Below are positions 52,258-62,655 of a stretch of DNA of 64,000 nucleotides, one piece after another. Position 1 is the first letter of the stretch, and every line of letters begins with the position of its first letter. A program made the translations under genes and the position numbers. Source of the DNA: Candidatus Poribacteria bacterium (GTDB taxonomy: Bacteria; Poribacteria; WGA-4E; WGA-3G); the NCBI GenBank assembly GCA_964291315.2, contig OZ219751.1, positions 32,001-96,000 of the forward strand, in the 5' to 3' direction. The notes under the pieces were generated by a model. The model saw only the letters and a program-made list of their open reading frames with translations. It was not told the origin of the DNA and made no database searches.

Positions 52258-53673
52258 ATGTTTGAGAGTTTAGGGGCTAGGTTACAAGGTACCTTAAAAA
52301 AAATCAGAGGACAAGGAAAGCTCACCGAGAGTAACGTCTCTGATACTTTGCGTGAGGTGCGGCGTGCTTTCTTGGAAGCAGATGTTAACTATAAAGTCAC
52401 ACGCGAATTTATAGAGCAGATTAAGGCGCGTACTCTAGGTCAAGAGGTACTCGGTAGCCTTACACCTGAACTTCAAATTGCCCGAATTATTGGTGAAGAA
52501 CTGACTCTGTTGATGGGTAGTAAGGCAGAACAAATTCGTATTGCACCCAGCGGTCCCACAGTAGTGATGCTGGTCGGATTGCAGGGGGCAGGTAAAACAA
52601 CGGTAGCAGCAAAATTAGCTATTAAATTTCGTAAAGACGGTCGTAAGCCGCTTCTCGTTGCAGCCGATGTCTATCGCCCAGCTGCCGTTAAGCAGTTGCA
52701 GGTCCTCGGCAAACAAACTGAAACGCCCGTATTTTCGATGCTTACAGAAAACTCTCCGGTTAAAATTGCAGAGGCTTCGGTCAAGGAAGCTTTGGCGCAC
52801 GGACATAAGTGTGTTATTATTGATACCGCTGGACGTTTACACGTCAATGATGAACTAATGAACGAACTTCGGCAGATTAAGAAATGTGTGAATCCTTCTG
52901 AAGTCTTACTGATCGTCGATGCAATGACAGGACAAGATGCCGTAAATGTGGCCGAGAACTTCAACAACGATTTGGATATTGACGGTGTTATCCTCACTAA
53001 AATGGATGGTGATGCCCGTGGAGGTGCCGCTCTTTCGATCCGTCATATTACACACAAGCCGATTAAGTTCATCGGGGTCGGTGAAAAGATAGAGGCATCC
53101 TCGCTGGAAGAGTTCCATCCGGAGCGAATGGCTTCACGTATTCTCGGGCAGGGCGATTTCCAAACTTTGCTTGAGAAAGCCGAAAACATCTTCAGCGAAG
53201 ATCAAGCAAAGCACCTTGAACGCAAACTTACAGAAAATAAAGGATTAGACTTTACCGATTTTCTAACACAACTTGAGCAGCTTAAAAATATGGGACCCTT
53301 GGATCAATTATTGGATCTCATGCCCTTTAAGAACCAATTGCCTGTTAAAAATCTCACACCGGATGAAAGCCACTTGCAAACAGCGAAGGCGATCATCCAT
53401 TCAATGACGATTGAGGAACGAAAAAAACCTCAATTGTTGAACAGAAGTCGGAAACTCCGAATTTCCAAAGGTAGTGGAACATCTGTAAATCAGGTGAATA
53501 TGTTGGTTTCCCAGCTACAAATGATGAATCGTATGTTGAATCAGCAGGCGGCAATAGGTATGCCGCAGATGGGGGCCGGTTTAAATACAAAAATGGGGCA
53601 GAAAATAAGTGCGCTTCCAGGTCGAAAGCGTAAAACATCGAGAAAACCCCGAAAACGGAGGCGCCGTAAATAA
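52258..53673 (+). CDS. ffh: Signal recognition particle protein
   Basis: GLQGAGKTT, DTAGR, TKMDG and M domain. Confidence 0.97.
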   Translation: MFESLGARLQGTLKKIRGQGKLTESNVSDTLREVRRAFLEADVNYKVTREFIEQIKARTLGQEVLGSLTPELQIARIIGEELTLLMGSKAEQIRIAPSGPTVVMLVGLQGAGKTTVAAKLAIKFRKDGRKPLLVAADVYRPAAVKQLQVLGKQTETPVFSMLTENSPVKIAEASVKEALAHGHKCVIIDTAGRLHVNDELMNELRQIKKCVNPSEVLLIVDAMTGQDAVNVAENFNNDLDIDGVILTKMDGDARGGAALSIRHITHKPIKFIGVGEKIEASSLEEFHPERMASRILGQGDFQTLLEKAENIFSEDQAKHLERKLTENKGLDFTDFLTQLEQLKNMGPLDQLLDLMPFKNQLPVKNLTPDESHLQTAKAIIHSMTIEERKKPQLLNRSRKLRISKGSGTSVNQVNMLVSQLQMMNRMLNQQAAIGMPQMGAGLNTKMGQKISALPGRKRKTSRKPRKRRRRK

Positions 53674-53740
53674 CGATAGGTACGAGCGTAGCTCCACCTT
53701 TCTTATAGACACGACGTAGATCCTATTAGGAGGTATTTTT

Positions 53741-54145
53741 TTGGCAGTCAGAATTAGATTACAACGCCATGGTAGAAAGAAACGTCCGTTTTATCGACTC
53801 GTCGCGGCCGACGCACGTGCACAGAGAGATGGCGTATTTTTAGAACGCCTCGGCTATTATAATCCGTTGACAGATCCAGCAGAAATTTCTATTGATGAAG
53901 AGAAGGCTCTGAAATGGTTAAGACGCGGTGCACAACCGACCGATACAGCGAAACGGCTACTTTCCAAACGCGGAATTTTAATAAAATTTGAGTACGAGAA
54001 ATTAGGGAAACCGATGCCGGAGGCCGCTGTTAGCGAAGATGGAGATAAGATAGATGATGCAGAACCCTCTGATGCACAAGCAACTGAGGCTGAAGAAGGC
54101 AGCCGGTTCGCTGAAGCAGCAACCGATCAAGCAACATCCGGATGA
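53741..54145 (+). CDS. rpsP: 30S ribosomal protein S16 (TTG start, acidic C-terminal extension)
   Basis: [24 protein letters not shown] and GAQPT motifs; AGGAGG RBS. Confidence 0.96.
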   Translation: MAVRIRLQRHGRKKRPFYRLVAADARAQRDGVFLERLGYYNPLTDPAEISIDEEKALKWLRRGAQPTDTAKRLLSKRGILIKFEYEKLGKPMPEAAVSEDGDKIDDAEPSDAQATEAEEGSRFAEAATDQATSG

Positions 54146-54226
54146 AACTCAAAAAGAGTAGAGCCTATTCAAAAAATTCCGGAGAAGTAGGTACCGCACC
54201 CATCTACCGAAATTTGAAGGTCAACT

Positions 54227-54481
54227 ATGTTCAAAGACTTGATTGAATACATCGTAAAATCTCTCGTGGATTATCCTGAGCAGGTGGTAGTTCAAGAAGT
54301 AACCGGCGAAACAGCAGTTATTATAGAGTTGACTGTCACCGAAGAGGATCTAGGAAAAATCATCGGTAGATATGGACGGACCGTTAAAGCCATAAGAAGT
54401 GTTCTCTATACCGCAGGGCTGCAAGCGAATAAAAGAGTTATTCTTGAGCTAATTGAATACCCAAGGTCAGAAGAACAATAG
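54227..54481 (+). CDS. khpA: KH-domain RNA-binding protein
   Basis: DLGKIIGRYGRT (GxxG); conserved position after rpsP. Confidence 0.88.
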   Translation: MFKDLIEYIVKSLVDYPEQVVVQEVTGETAVIIELTVTEEDLGKIIGRYGRTVKAIRSVLYTAGLQANKRVILELIEYPRSEEQ

Positions 54482-54554
54482 GAATTTCGGTTATTACACA
54501 ACATAAGCAGATCAACTGAAAATATAGGATGTTGCTAGCAAGCCGGTACGGAAA

Positions 54555-55283
54555 ATGAAAATTGATGTTCTCGCCTTATTTCCAGAGATACTCGCGCCTG
54601 CGTTAAAAACCGGTATCCTCAGACGCGTTCAGGACGCAGGTAAACTTACCGTCAAACTCCATAATCTTCGCGATTGGGCAACCGACAAGCACAAGTCTGT
54701 GGATGATTATCCTTATGGTGGTGGTGCAGGCATGATTCTCAAGCCTGAACCTATTTTTGCAGCGGTTACAGCATTGAATAGGACTAGAAAGGCGCACGTT
54801 GTATACCTCACACCGCAGGGGGTACCGTTGGTCCAACCACTTGCAGAATCGCTTTCCTTGGAATCGCATCTCATTCTTTTGTGTGGACGATACAAAGGGG
54901 TTGATGAGCGCGTGCGGCATCGGTTGGTTACAACTGATATTTCCATCGGGGACTATGTTTTGAGTGGAGGGGAAATCGCCGCACTCGTTGTAATTGATAC
55001 CATTGGACGAGTGCTCCCAGGAGCGCTAAGCGATTATGAATCTGCACATGCTGATTCATTCAGTCATGACTTGCTTGACTATCCCCACTACACACGCCCA
55101 GCTAAGTTCTCAGGTATGAATGTCCCCGAAGTTCTCTTGAGTGGGGCTCATAAAGATATTGAGAAATGGCGATATGCAGAAGCACTCAAGCGCACAGCAG
55201 AATACCGTCCTGATCTACTTCAGAAATTGGAATTGAGCGAGGAAGACATTGCTATTCTTAAAAGGGAAGGGTTGGCAAAGTAA
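54555..55283 (+). CDS. trmD: tRNA (guanine37-N1)-methyltransferase
   Basis: DDYPYGGGAGM, CGRYKG and SIGDYVLSGGE motifs. Confidence 0.96.
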   Translation: MKIDVLALFPEILAPALKTGILRRVQDAGKLTVKLHNLRDWATDKHKSVDDYPYGGGAGMILKPEPIFAAVTALNRTRKAHVVYLTPQGVPLVQPLAESLSLESHLILLCGRYKGVDERVRHRLVTTDISIGDYVLSGGEIAALVVIDTIGRVLPGALSDYESAHADSFSHDLLDYPHYTRPAKFSGMNVPEVLLSGAHKDIEKWRYAEALKRTAEYRPDLLQKLELSEEDIAILKREGLAK

Positions 55284-55370
55284 AACGAAGTAGGCGTTCT
55301 TTATTTTTCAGCAGCTTGCCGATCTATCTTAAGATGTAGCGAAACGTCCGCTACACAAGGAGGACTGATA

Positions 55371-55715
55371 ATGAATTTAATTGAATCTGTTGAACGCCAA
55401 TATATGAAAAGTGATATTCCTGAGTTTGGCCCGGGGGATATCGTCAAGGTGAACACCCGTATCCGCGAAGGGGAAAAGGAGCGCATTCAGACGTACGAAG
55501 GGACCGTTATTCGTCGAGCGCACGGCGGATTACGATCGACATTTACGGTCCGAAGGGTCGCTTTCGGCACCGGAAGTGAGAGAACCTTCCCCCTTCATTC
55601 ACCTAATATTGAGAGCATCCAGGTCGTTCGATATGGGGCAGTCCGCCGCGCAAAATTGTATTACTTGCGCGACCGCACTGGTAGAGCCGCACGCGTCAAA
55701 GAACGCAGAAGGTAG
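55371..55715 (+). CDS. rplS: 50S ribosomal protein L19
   Basis: [17 protein letters not shown] and [10 protein letters not shown] motifs. Confidence 0.97.
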   Translation: MNLIESVERQYMKSDIPEFGPGDIVKVNTRIREGEKERIQTYEGTVIRRAHGGLRSTFTVRRVAFGTGSERTFPLHSPNIESIQVVRYGAVRRAKLYYLRDRTGRAARVKERRR

Positions 55716-55719
55716 CTTG

Positions 55720-56316
55720 ATGAAAATGAACGTTTTTGAGGTTGCTTCCCGGCAAAGCGGCTATCGACAGATTGCAGGCATTGATGAGGCAGGCCGAGGC
55801 GCACTGGCGGGGCCCGTCATTGCCGCTGCCGTCATTTTACCCTTTAATTGTGAGATTGACGGTTTGAATGATTCCAAGCAGTTATCCGCCAAGCAGCGGA
55901 ACCAACTCTCTGGCGAAATCTACCGTACCGCTGTGTCGATAGGCATCGGCTCCATCGATAATCACGGTATTGACCGTTTAAATATTCTTAATGCTACTTT
56001 ATTAGCAATGCAGGAGGCTGTTGAAAAACTGGCTTCACAGCCCGATTATCTGCTCGTTGACGGTTTATATCTTCCGCAAGTAGATATTCCCGGCGAGGCT
56101 ATTCCAAAGGGGGACTCCCAAAGTTATTCGATCGCCGCTGCCTCTATTATCGCTAAAACCACGCGCGACAGGCTCATGATTGAGCTGGATCGCACCTACC
56201 CCACTTATGGATTCCCCAAACACAAAGGATATCCGACATCACAGCATCGACAAGCAATCGCAAAGTTTGGCGCGTCCGATATTCATCGACACACCTTTAA
56301 ACTCTCGGTGAGATGA
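55720..56316 (+). CDS. rnhB: Ribonuclease HII
   Basis: GIDEAGRG, DSKQL, SIAAASIIAK and KGYPT motifs. Confidence 0.94.
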   Translation: MKMNVFEVASRQSGYRQIAGIDEAGRGALAGPVIAAAVILPFNCEIDGLNDSKQLSAKQRNQLSGEIYRTAVSIGIGSIDNHGIDRLNILNATLLAMQEAVEKLASQPDYLLVDGLYLPQVDIPGEAIPKGDSQSYSIAAASIIAKTTRDRLMIELDRTYPTYGFPKHKGYPTSQHRQAIAKFGASDIHRHTFKLSVR

Positions 56317-56371
56317 TCACATCGAACTATGTCCGTAAGTTTCCTACGCGCATTACTAACGGAAGATAAAC

Positions 56372-56746
56372 ATGGATCGTTCACGCTTGAGCACTGCAAA
56401 AATTGGGGAGGCGTTGGCAATCGCGCACCTCAAAGCACATGGGTGTAAAATCCTTGTACAGAACTACCGGGCGGAGCGCGGAGAAATAGATCTAATCGTC
56501 AAGGACAGAGAATTTATTGTTTTTGTGGAAGTTAAGACGCGGCGAAGCCTCAAATTTGGGATACCACAAGCGGCTGTAACCAAACAAAAACAGAAACAAA
56601 TTTCAAAAATAGCCTCGGCATATTTACAGTCAGAAGAACTCTGGGATACCCCTTGTCGTTTTGATGTTATTGGCATCCACCTGTCATATCAGTCTGAGTT
56701 ATTGCACCTTGAGCACATTGAAAGCGCATTTGAATTCCAGCAGTAA
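56372..56746 (+). CDS. yraN: YraN (UPF0102) family endonuclease-like protein
   Basis: GEIDLI, FVEVKTR and RFDV motifs. Confidence 0.9.
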   Translation: MDRSRLSTAKIGEALAIAHLKAHGCKILVQNYRAERGEIDLIVKDREFIVFVEVKTRRSLKFGIPQAAVTKQKQKQISKIASAYLQSEELWDTPCRFDVIGIHLSYQSELLHLEHIESAFEFQQ

Positions 56747-56793
56747 AGCGAGGCGGCGAAGCCTCGTTCTACTGTTTGTTCGGACATCCTCAA

Positions 56794-57411
56794 TTATTTG
56801 CGAGCCGGTTCTGGTTCTAATGCAGGATAGATTTCTATATCGGAACGGGTAATCATCTTGCCAACATAGAAGGTTAGCCAACCTCCACAGAGTTCAATAG
56901 ACATAAATTTGTCCTCACCGGCGATATATTCGTGGAGTTCAGCCTCAAATTTCTCTTCTCCTGTAACATCTGTGACAGTGAGGATCGCAGGAACAACTTC
57001 TTGGCGACTGTATTCAACCGCGGTTTCACTGTGTTCGTTATCTGGGTCTGGAAAATAGAGAGTCATCTCGTCTGGCAACGGATCACCGATCTCACACTCA
57101 TCATCAACAAACCACCGGGAGAGCTCGTAATCTTCTTTCGTTCCTGCTACATGGTCAACACCAATGACGACTTCCTCCTCTGCGTCCCGGATATGATACA
57201 TATAGCGCAGGAGGGCGCCCCTTTCATACTTCTTTCGGGTAACAAGCTTGAAAGCATGTGATGTATCCCCTGTCTCTTCATACGTGGTAAGGTCACGGAG
57301 TTCGATCATGCTATCAATCGGAATATCGATTAGCTCGTGCCGTTCTGTTTTTTTTGAGTCAGTATCTTTTCGCTTGCCAAACAGCGATTTTCCTTTACCG
57401 AATAGTGCCAT
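56794..57411 (-). CDS. DUF4178/DUF2491 (YjfK)-like acidic protein
   Basis: ALFG..LFGK N-terminus; beta-rich acidic body ending 'KFMSIEL...FYVGKMI..SDIEI'. Confidence 0.55.
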   Translation of the reverse strand: MALFGKGKSLFGKRKDTDSKKTERHELIDIPIDSMIELRDLTTYEETGDTSHAFKLVTRKKYERGALLRYMYHIRDAEEEVVIGVDHVAGTKEDYELSRWFVDDECEIGDPLPDEMTLYFPDPDNEHSETAVEYSRQEVVPAILTVTDVTGEEKFEAELHEYIAGEDKFMSIELCGGWLTFYVGKMITRSDIEIYPALEPEPARK

Positions 57412-57419
57412 CCTATCAC

Positions 57420-58574
57420 CTAAAAATAACCTTTATTATACATGACTAACATAATTACACCAACAACGAGGAGGCTTCCGAAGATAAGGAGAAACCATGT
57501 TGTACCTGAGGCTTTCTTCTCAAGGACAACTGTGCGCGTTTCTGGTGGTGCACGTGTTGAGGTTGTTTTGGAGGCTTTTGCTGTCACTGCTGGTGTTTCT
57601 TCAACAGTTGCAAGCAGTTCTGCTTTTAAAGCTTCTTCATCTGGAAGTGCCTCAACAGTGAATACTTCCGTATTTTTCCCATAAAATTTATCGGGATTTT
57701 CTTCTACATAGCTTGCGGTATAATTTTCATCGGGATTGGTGCCGGGATCTACGTAATTCGAGTTTGGTTCGATGCCTTGACTTTCGTAGTAGGCCTTATA
57801 ACGTTCGTATTCTGCTTGTTTCTCGGCACTCCAATGCGATCGGTCATAATTTCGGTGGTGATAGTGCCACATGTAGCTATGCCGAATCGCATGGTTGTAG
57901 TAGTCGTGGAAATAGATACCGAATAAAAGGTTGTTGAATGCCATAGAGGCACCCAAACTATACATTGAATACCCCATGTTGGGATAATAACCGCCAAAAT
58001 TGTTGACGTTGATAGTTTCTCGCTGTTGCCGCCGAGCGCGTGCCGTATCCCGGTTAGCTCTTCTAACTTGGCGTTTCAGGCTACGGTTCTCCGCCTTGAG
58101 TTGTCGTACCTGTTTTCGATTTTGAGCTTTCACTTGTCGTTGTTGACCACGTGTCGCACTCCGAGCTGCTGTTGTGCTTTGAGTTGACGTACTACTTGGT
58201 GTAACTCTAGCACGGTTCGTAGCAGTTTGCCGTTGCCGTGCTGTAGTGCTAGCACGAGTACTCGTACTCTTCGATGATGTGCTACTTCTATTGTAGGTGC
58301 TTCCAGTACTCCGTGTTGTGCGAGATGTTGAAGTTCTTGGAGTCGTGGAGCTCCTACTCCGTGAGGTCGAATAACTTCTACTTGTAGTAGAACGAGTGGA
58401 TCGTTTTGGTGTATAGCTCCGTCTGCTTGAGCTGCGGCTGTAACTGCGGCTGCGGCTGTAGCTCCTGCCTCCCCTGGAGCCGCGGCGACTCTCTACGATA
58501 TCCGGGGCAAAACTAAACAGAAAAACAACCAGAACCACGACGACCGAGAACTTGTGAAATTTATTATGTATCAT
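57420..58574 (-). CDS. Exported RS/T-rich low-complexity protein with aromatic/His-rich core and C-terminal TM
   Basis: Signal peptide, SRSYSRSRSY repeats, coiled coil, YMWHYHHRNY and C-terminal WFLLIFGSLLVVGVIMLV. Confidence 0.75.
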   Translation of the reverse strand: MIHNKFHKFSVVVVLVVFLFSFAPDIVESRRGSRGGRSYSRSRSYSRSSSRRSYTPKRSTRSTTSRSYSTSRSRSSTTPRTSTSRTTRSTGSTYNRSSTSSKSTSTRASTTARQRQTATNRARVTPSSTSTQSTTAARSATRGQQRQVKAQNRKQVRQLKAENRSLKRQVRRANRDTARARRQQRETINVNNFGGYYPNMGYSMYSLGASMAFNNLLFGIYFHDYYNHAIRHSYMWHYHHRNYDRSHWSAEKQAEYERYKAYYESQGIEPNSNYVDPGTNPDENYTASYVEENPDKFYGKNTEVFTVEALPDEEALKAELLATVEETPAVTAKASKTTSTRAPPETRTVVLEKKASGTTWFLLIFGSLLVVGVIMLVMYNKGYF

Positions 58575-58611
58575 CTTGATCCTCCTTAGGATTGGATTTT
58601 CGAGAAAAAAC

Positions 58612-58640
58612 TTGACAAAAGACTCTGAATTTGTTAAAAT
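58612..58640 (+). promoter_or_regulatory. sigma70 promoter for tRNA-Arg
   Basis: TTGACA-17 nt-TAAAAT. Confidence 0.65.
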
Positions 58641-58690
58641 ATTTCTAAAGACATATATGAGTTTGAAATCTTGCTTGCTTTTGAACTTAT

Positions 58691-58764
58691 GTGCCTGTAG
58701 CTCAGTTGGATAGAGCGTTAGCCTCCGGAGCTAAAGGTCGGGCGTTCGAGTCGCCCCAGGCACG
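58691..58764 (+). tRNA. tRNA-Arg (anticodon CCG)
   Basis: GTGCCTG/CAGGCAC acceptor stem, TTAGC-CTCCGGA-GCTAA anticodon arm, GTTCGAG T loop; CCA not encoded. Confidence 0.95.
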
Positions 58765-59081
58765 TTTAAGGCTTTGAATGTTTATATCTTTTTATTAGGA
58801 TAACATAGGTTAGAAAGAGAAGTCAAGGGAAATTCTAGAGCTCTGTAAAGACTTATTGGTGTTCATCCGGTAGATAACACTGAATTTTTCATTACCATTT
58901 GTAGGAGCAACCTCCCGATAGCGATCTGTAAACTTCTCAGTGAGGATTGGATTCCGCAGATGATCCTCGGCAAAAAGCAAAAACACCGCATTCTTACGTT
59001 CCACTCGACCTATGCATATCACTGGAACGTTTCAAACGTTACAATTTCCCAAATATCAGTTTTGATATGATTAAGGAAAAT

Positions 59082-59966
59082 ATGGCACTTGACGTACGAG
59101 ACGAACGACTTTTAGGATTGATTGATGCCGAAGCAGTTGTCGAACAACTAGCAACAGGCTGCCAATTTACCGAGGGGCCCCTCTGGCATGCTACGGAGCG
59201 GTTCCTACTTTTTAGTGATATCCCGGCAAATAAGATACGGAGATGGGATGCTGCCTCCGGTATGACCGTTTTCCGGGATCCATCCGGAAAGTCAAACGGC
59301 TTGACTTATGATAAAGGGGGGCACCTTATCGCCTGTGAACATGAAAACCGTAGGGTGTCGCGTACAACGGCAGATGGACAAGTCATCACAATCGCCTCCC
59401 ATTATGAAGGGAAACGTTTGAATAGCCCTAACGACATCGTAGTGAAGTCCGATGGCAGCATCTATTTCACCGATCCACCTTACGGTTTAAGTGCTGCATA
59501 TGGAAGCCTGTCAGAGAAAGAACTAGATTTTCAGGGGGTCTATCGCTTGTCTCGCAATGGGGACACGTTAACGCTTCTCGTTGATGACTTTGACAGACCT
59601 AATGGTCTCTGTTTTTCACCTGATGAATCGATCCTTTATATCAATGACACCGAACGAATGCATATCCGCGCATTTGATGTGCAATCCGATGGCACAATTG
59701 CAAATGGACGAGTCTTTGGTGAGGAAGATGGGAATAACGGCAAGCCTGACGGAATGAAAGTAGATACGCGAGGAAATGTCTATCTGACGGGACCTGATGG
59801 AATTTGGGTCTTCGCACCAGATAAAACACACCTCGGGATTATTCTTGTCCCCGAACGCGCAGCTAACTTGGCGTGGGGCGGTGATAGCTGGAAAAGTCTC
59901 TTCATCACAGCGAGCACTTCGCTTTATCGCGTGGAATGCAAGGTAGCAGGAGTCGCAGTTCCCTAA
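59082..59966 (+). CDS. SMP-30/gluconolactonase/LRE family protein
   Basis: TEGPLW, SNGL, NSPND, PNGL and PDGM motifs; AAGGA RBS before ATG 59082. Confidence 0.9.
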   Translation: MALDVRDERLLGLIDAEAVVEQLATGCQFTEGPLWHATERFLLFSDIPANKIRRWDAASGMTVFRDPSGKSNGLTYDKGGHLIACEHENRRVSRTTADGQVITIASHYEGKRLNSPNDIVVKSDGSIYFTDPPYGLSAAYGSLSEKELDFQGVYRLSRNGDTLTLLVDDFDRPNGLCFSPDESILYINDTERMHIRAFDVQSDGTIANGRVFGEEDGNNGKPDGMKVDTRGNVYLTGPDGIWVFAPDKTHLGIILVPERAANLAWGGDSWKSLFITASTSLYRVECKVAGVAVP

Positions 59967-60403
59967 TGCCAATAGAAATTAATATCAAACGCATAGACAA
60001 AACTCTCCCATTGCCGAAATATGAGACAGCAGGTTCTGTCGGATTTGATTTGATCTGCCGAGAATCGGCAGAGATTCAGGCACATTCCATCGCTCTCATT
60101 CCGGCGAACGTCATCGTTGAAACACCGCCCGGTTATACGTTAATGGTCTGCTTGAGAAGCAGCACCCCGCGCAAATTTGGGCTGATGATACCGCAAGGAG
60201 TAGGCATTGTCGATAACGATTATTGTGGGGCAGAAGATGAACTAAAAATTCAGGTCTACAATTTCACAGATAAGGTGGTGAATGTTCAGAGAGGCACCAG
60301 GATCGCGCAAGCCGTTTTTGTACGCGTAGATACAGCAAGATGGAATGAGGTTGAGGAGGTGAACTCAGCCTCTCGCGGAGGCTTTGGTAGTACAGGTCAA
60401 TAG
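59966..60403 (+). CDS. dut: dUTP diphosphatase
   Basis: GSVGFDL, RSS, GIVDNDY, RIAQ and RGGFGSTG motifs. Confidence 0.93.
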   Translation: MPIEINIKRIDKTLPLPKYETAGSVGFDLICRESAEIQAHSIALIPANVIVETPPGYTLMVCLRSSTPRKFGLMIPQGVGIVDNDYCGAEDELKIQVYNFTDKVVNVQRGTRIAQAVFVRVDTARWNEVEEVNSASRGGFGSTGQ

Positions 60404-60405
60404 AC

Positions 60406-61325
60406 ATGAAACGCAACAGTTAATAAAGAAATCAAAACCGGATGAACAAAAATTATGGATGTTGTGAACTGATTCTTCCGGCATCGATTGCGATCTTACT
60501 CGGTAACGGCAGTCACTTCTTCAGATGACAAGATTCTTTTTTAGCTGATTATTCCAACTACCACAAGCGATCCAACTACCGGCAATAAATTGATTGAGAC
60601 GAAAATTCTTAATAGCAACACACACAATGAATTTTCTTTTTTTCTTAACGGCTTATCGATTGACACAGTAACCCTTCAAACTATTGATATATTAGGAAAC
60701 ATTTCAAACAAATGTTTCCGCCTCGTTCCCAAAGAGGATATTAATGGTGACGGCATCGTTACCCTTGATGATATAACGGAAGTGGTAGGACGTTTTGGGC
60801 AGGCCGGAGAAAATATCGCTGACGTTGATGAAAATGGAGTGGTTGATGCTGGCGATATACTCCTTGTGGCAAGAGCTCTTGATGAACAGAATGTTAATTC
60901 CCTCTCGCTACTGTTTGTCTCGCTGAAAAAGGAAGAAATTCAGAGGTGGATAACCTTGGCTTATCAACAAAGGTACACTTCAGACTTTTATCAACAAGTT
61001 ATCAATTTTCTAAAAAGCATAGTGACAGATAGGTTACCGAAGTGTACCCTACTATTACCGAATTATCCAAACCCTTTTAATCCTGATACTCGGCTTCCTT
61101 ATCAATTAGCCGAACCTGCAGTCGTGACGTTGAATATCTGTGCAACAGCACTTTGGTCCGGACTTTGCTGCTTGGCTGTCAACTTCCTACTATACGAACA
61201 AAAATCGTGCTGTTTATTGGAATGGTTATAATAACTTTGGGGAACCTGTTGCAAGCGGAGCCTATTTCTATCAATTACACACTAATGAAATTTCGCTACT
61301 GCGAAAGATGGTTGTTTTGAAGTAG
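60406..61325 (+). pseudogene. Decayed secreted protein with dockerin/EF-hand and FlgD/T9SS-like C-terminal domain
   Basis: EDINGDGIV / DVDENGVV, LLPNYPNPFNP, then frameshifts near 61140-61190 before YWNG..GEPVASGAYFY; in-frame stops at the 5' end. Confidence 0.7.
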
Positions 61326-61489
61326 GATTAAGTATGCACATATTAAACGGGTAATCAGAAAGAATGAGCGGAAGTGAGAAAATCAAAACCGTATCTCACA
61401 TGTGAGAAGAGACAGGAATCTATTTTGTCAAGCAGGTATTGAGTAGTATAAAGACTGGGAAACATGAGGCAAGAGGGGTCCCTTAAGAT

Positions 61490-62008
61490 ATGGTAGTTTC
61501 AATGATCGCAGCAATGGATAAAAAGCGCCTTATCGGCAACGGAACCGACATCCCGTGGCAGATGCCAGCCGACCGGCGACATTTTCGCGACATGACAGTC
61601 GGGAAACCTGTCGTTATGGGACGCAAAACTTTTGAGACCCTCAAACGACCTTTGGGTAAGCGGCACAACATCATACTTACGCGGAACACAGCTTATAAGG
61701 GTCCCAAAGGTTGTAGCGTCGCACATTCAGTAGATGCCGTTTTCGAACTGTGTAAGGGTGCCGTAGAACTTATGATATGCGGTGGGGCCCCTATTTATGC
61801 AGCTTTTCTACCACACGCAAACCGACTCTACCTTACGCAGATTCATGCTACATTTGAGGGCGATGTCTATTTCCCTGAATTTGACATTACAGTGTGGAAG
61901 GAAGTAAAACGCCTTAACTGCGAACCTGATGAGAGAAATCCGTATCCGTACAGTTTCCTGTTTTTAAAGAGAAAGGGTAGAATTGCACACAACGTTATTT
62001 CTATTTAA
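61490..62008 (+). CDS. folA: Dihydrofolate reductase
   Basis: IG..IPW, VMGRKT, GGAPIY and GDVYFP motifs. Confidence 0.95.
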   Translation: MVVSMIAAMDKKRLIGNGTDIPWQMPADRRHFRDMTVGKPVVMGRKTFETLKRPLGKRHNIILTRNTAYKGPKGCSVAHSVDAVFELCKGAVELMICGGAPIYAAFLPHANRLYLTQIHATFEGDVYFPEFDITVWKEVKRLNCEPDERNPYPYSFLFLKRKGRIAHNVISI

Positions 62009-62655
62009 CCTAACAGACAGAAACCTGTGTTTAATTTGTGTATGCTCTGAGTTCTTTTGAATATGGTTCCGAGACTTCGTTGACTGTCTGCAAAAGGCTT
62101 GTTGAAAACATTACCCTATTCAAACCAATCTGGCCCTCTACAGTTCGGAAGGTGACAAATCTTCTTTATTCGTACTATGATGATTCCCGAGGTCTTGTTA
62201 GCTTTTACGTGTTCTCTCAATACAGAAGAGGTATCGATCATTGATATTTCCAGGCACTTTATATTCTTTGCACGCTCGGCTATTGGCTCATATATCTCGT
62301 GCATCGCCAAAATAGAAAAACGGCATCAAATCGGGAAATGCATTGTGTCTTAAAAATATCTCTGAGCTCTTACAATATCTAGAAAATCACAGTTTTATAC
62401 AAAGGACCGGTGATAAAAGTTCAACCTAGACTCGTCAATGGGATCTTTAAAAAAAATATTTAGCAATGCTACTGCTGTTTTGTTGAGACGTAAACGAGAA
62501 AACATTCAGGGCGTTTACATAGCGAAGAACACGTCTGTTATACTTCATTGGGACTTCAAGAAGATTTTGGAGATGTCCCATTTCTACGATTTCCGGCGCA
62601 AAATATTTTATTGATGCCTAGACGAATATAATAAAACTCAGAGCACTTTAGAAAT

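Noticed and set aside
58380-58490. CRISPR-like or tandem DNA repeat
   Set aside because: Short GCTGCG units simply encode the Ser-Arg tract; there is no repeat-spacer structure
58691-58900. Genomic island integrated at tRNA-Arg (or at tRNA-Sec)
   Set aside because: No integrase and no duplicated tRNA 3' end seen; the flanking genes are ordinary
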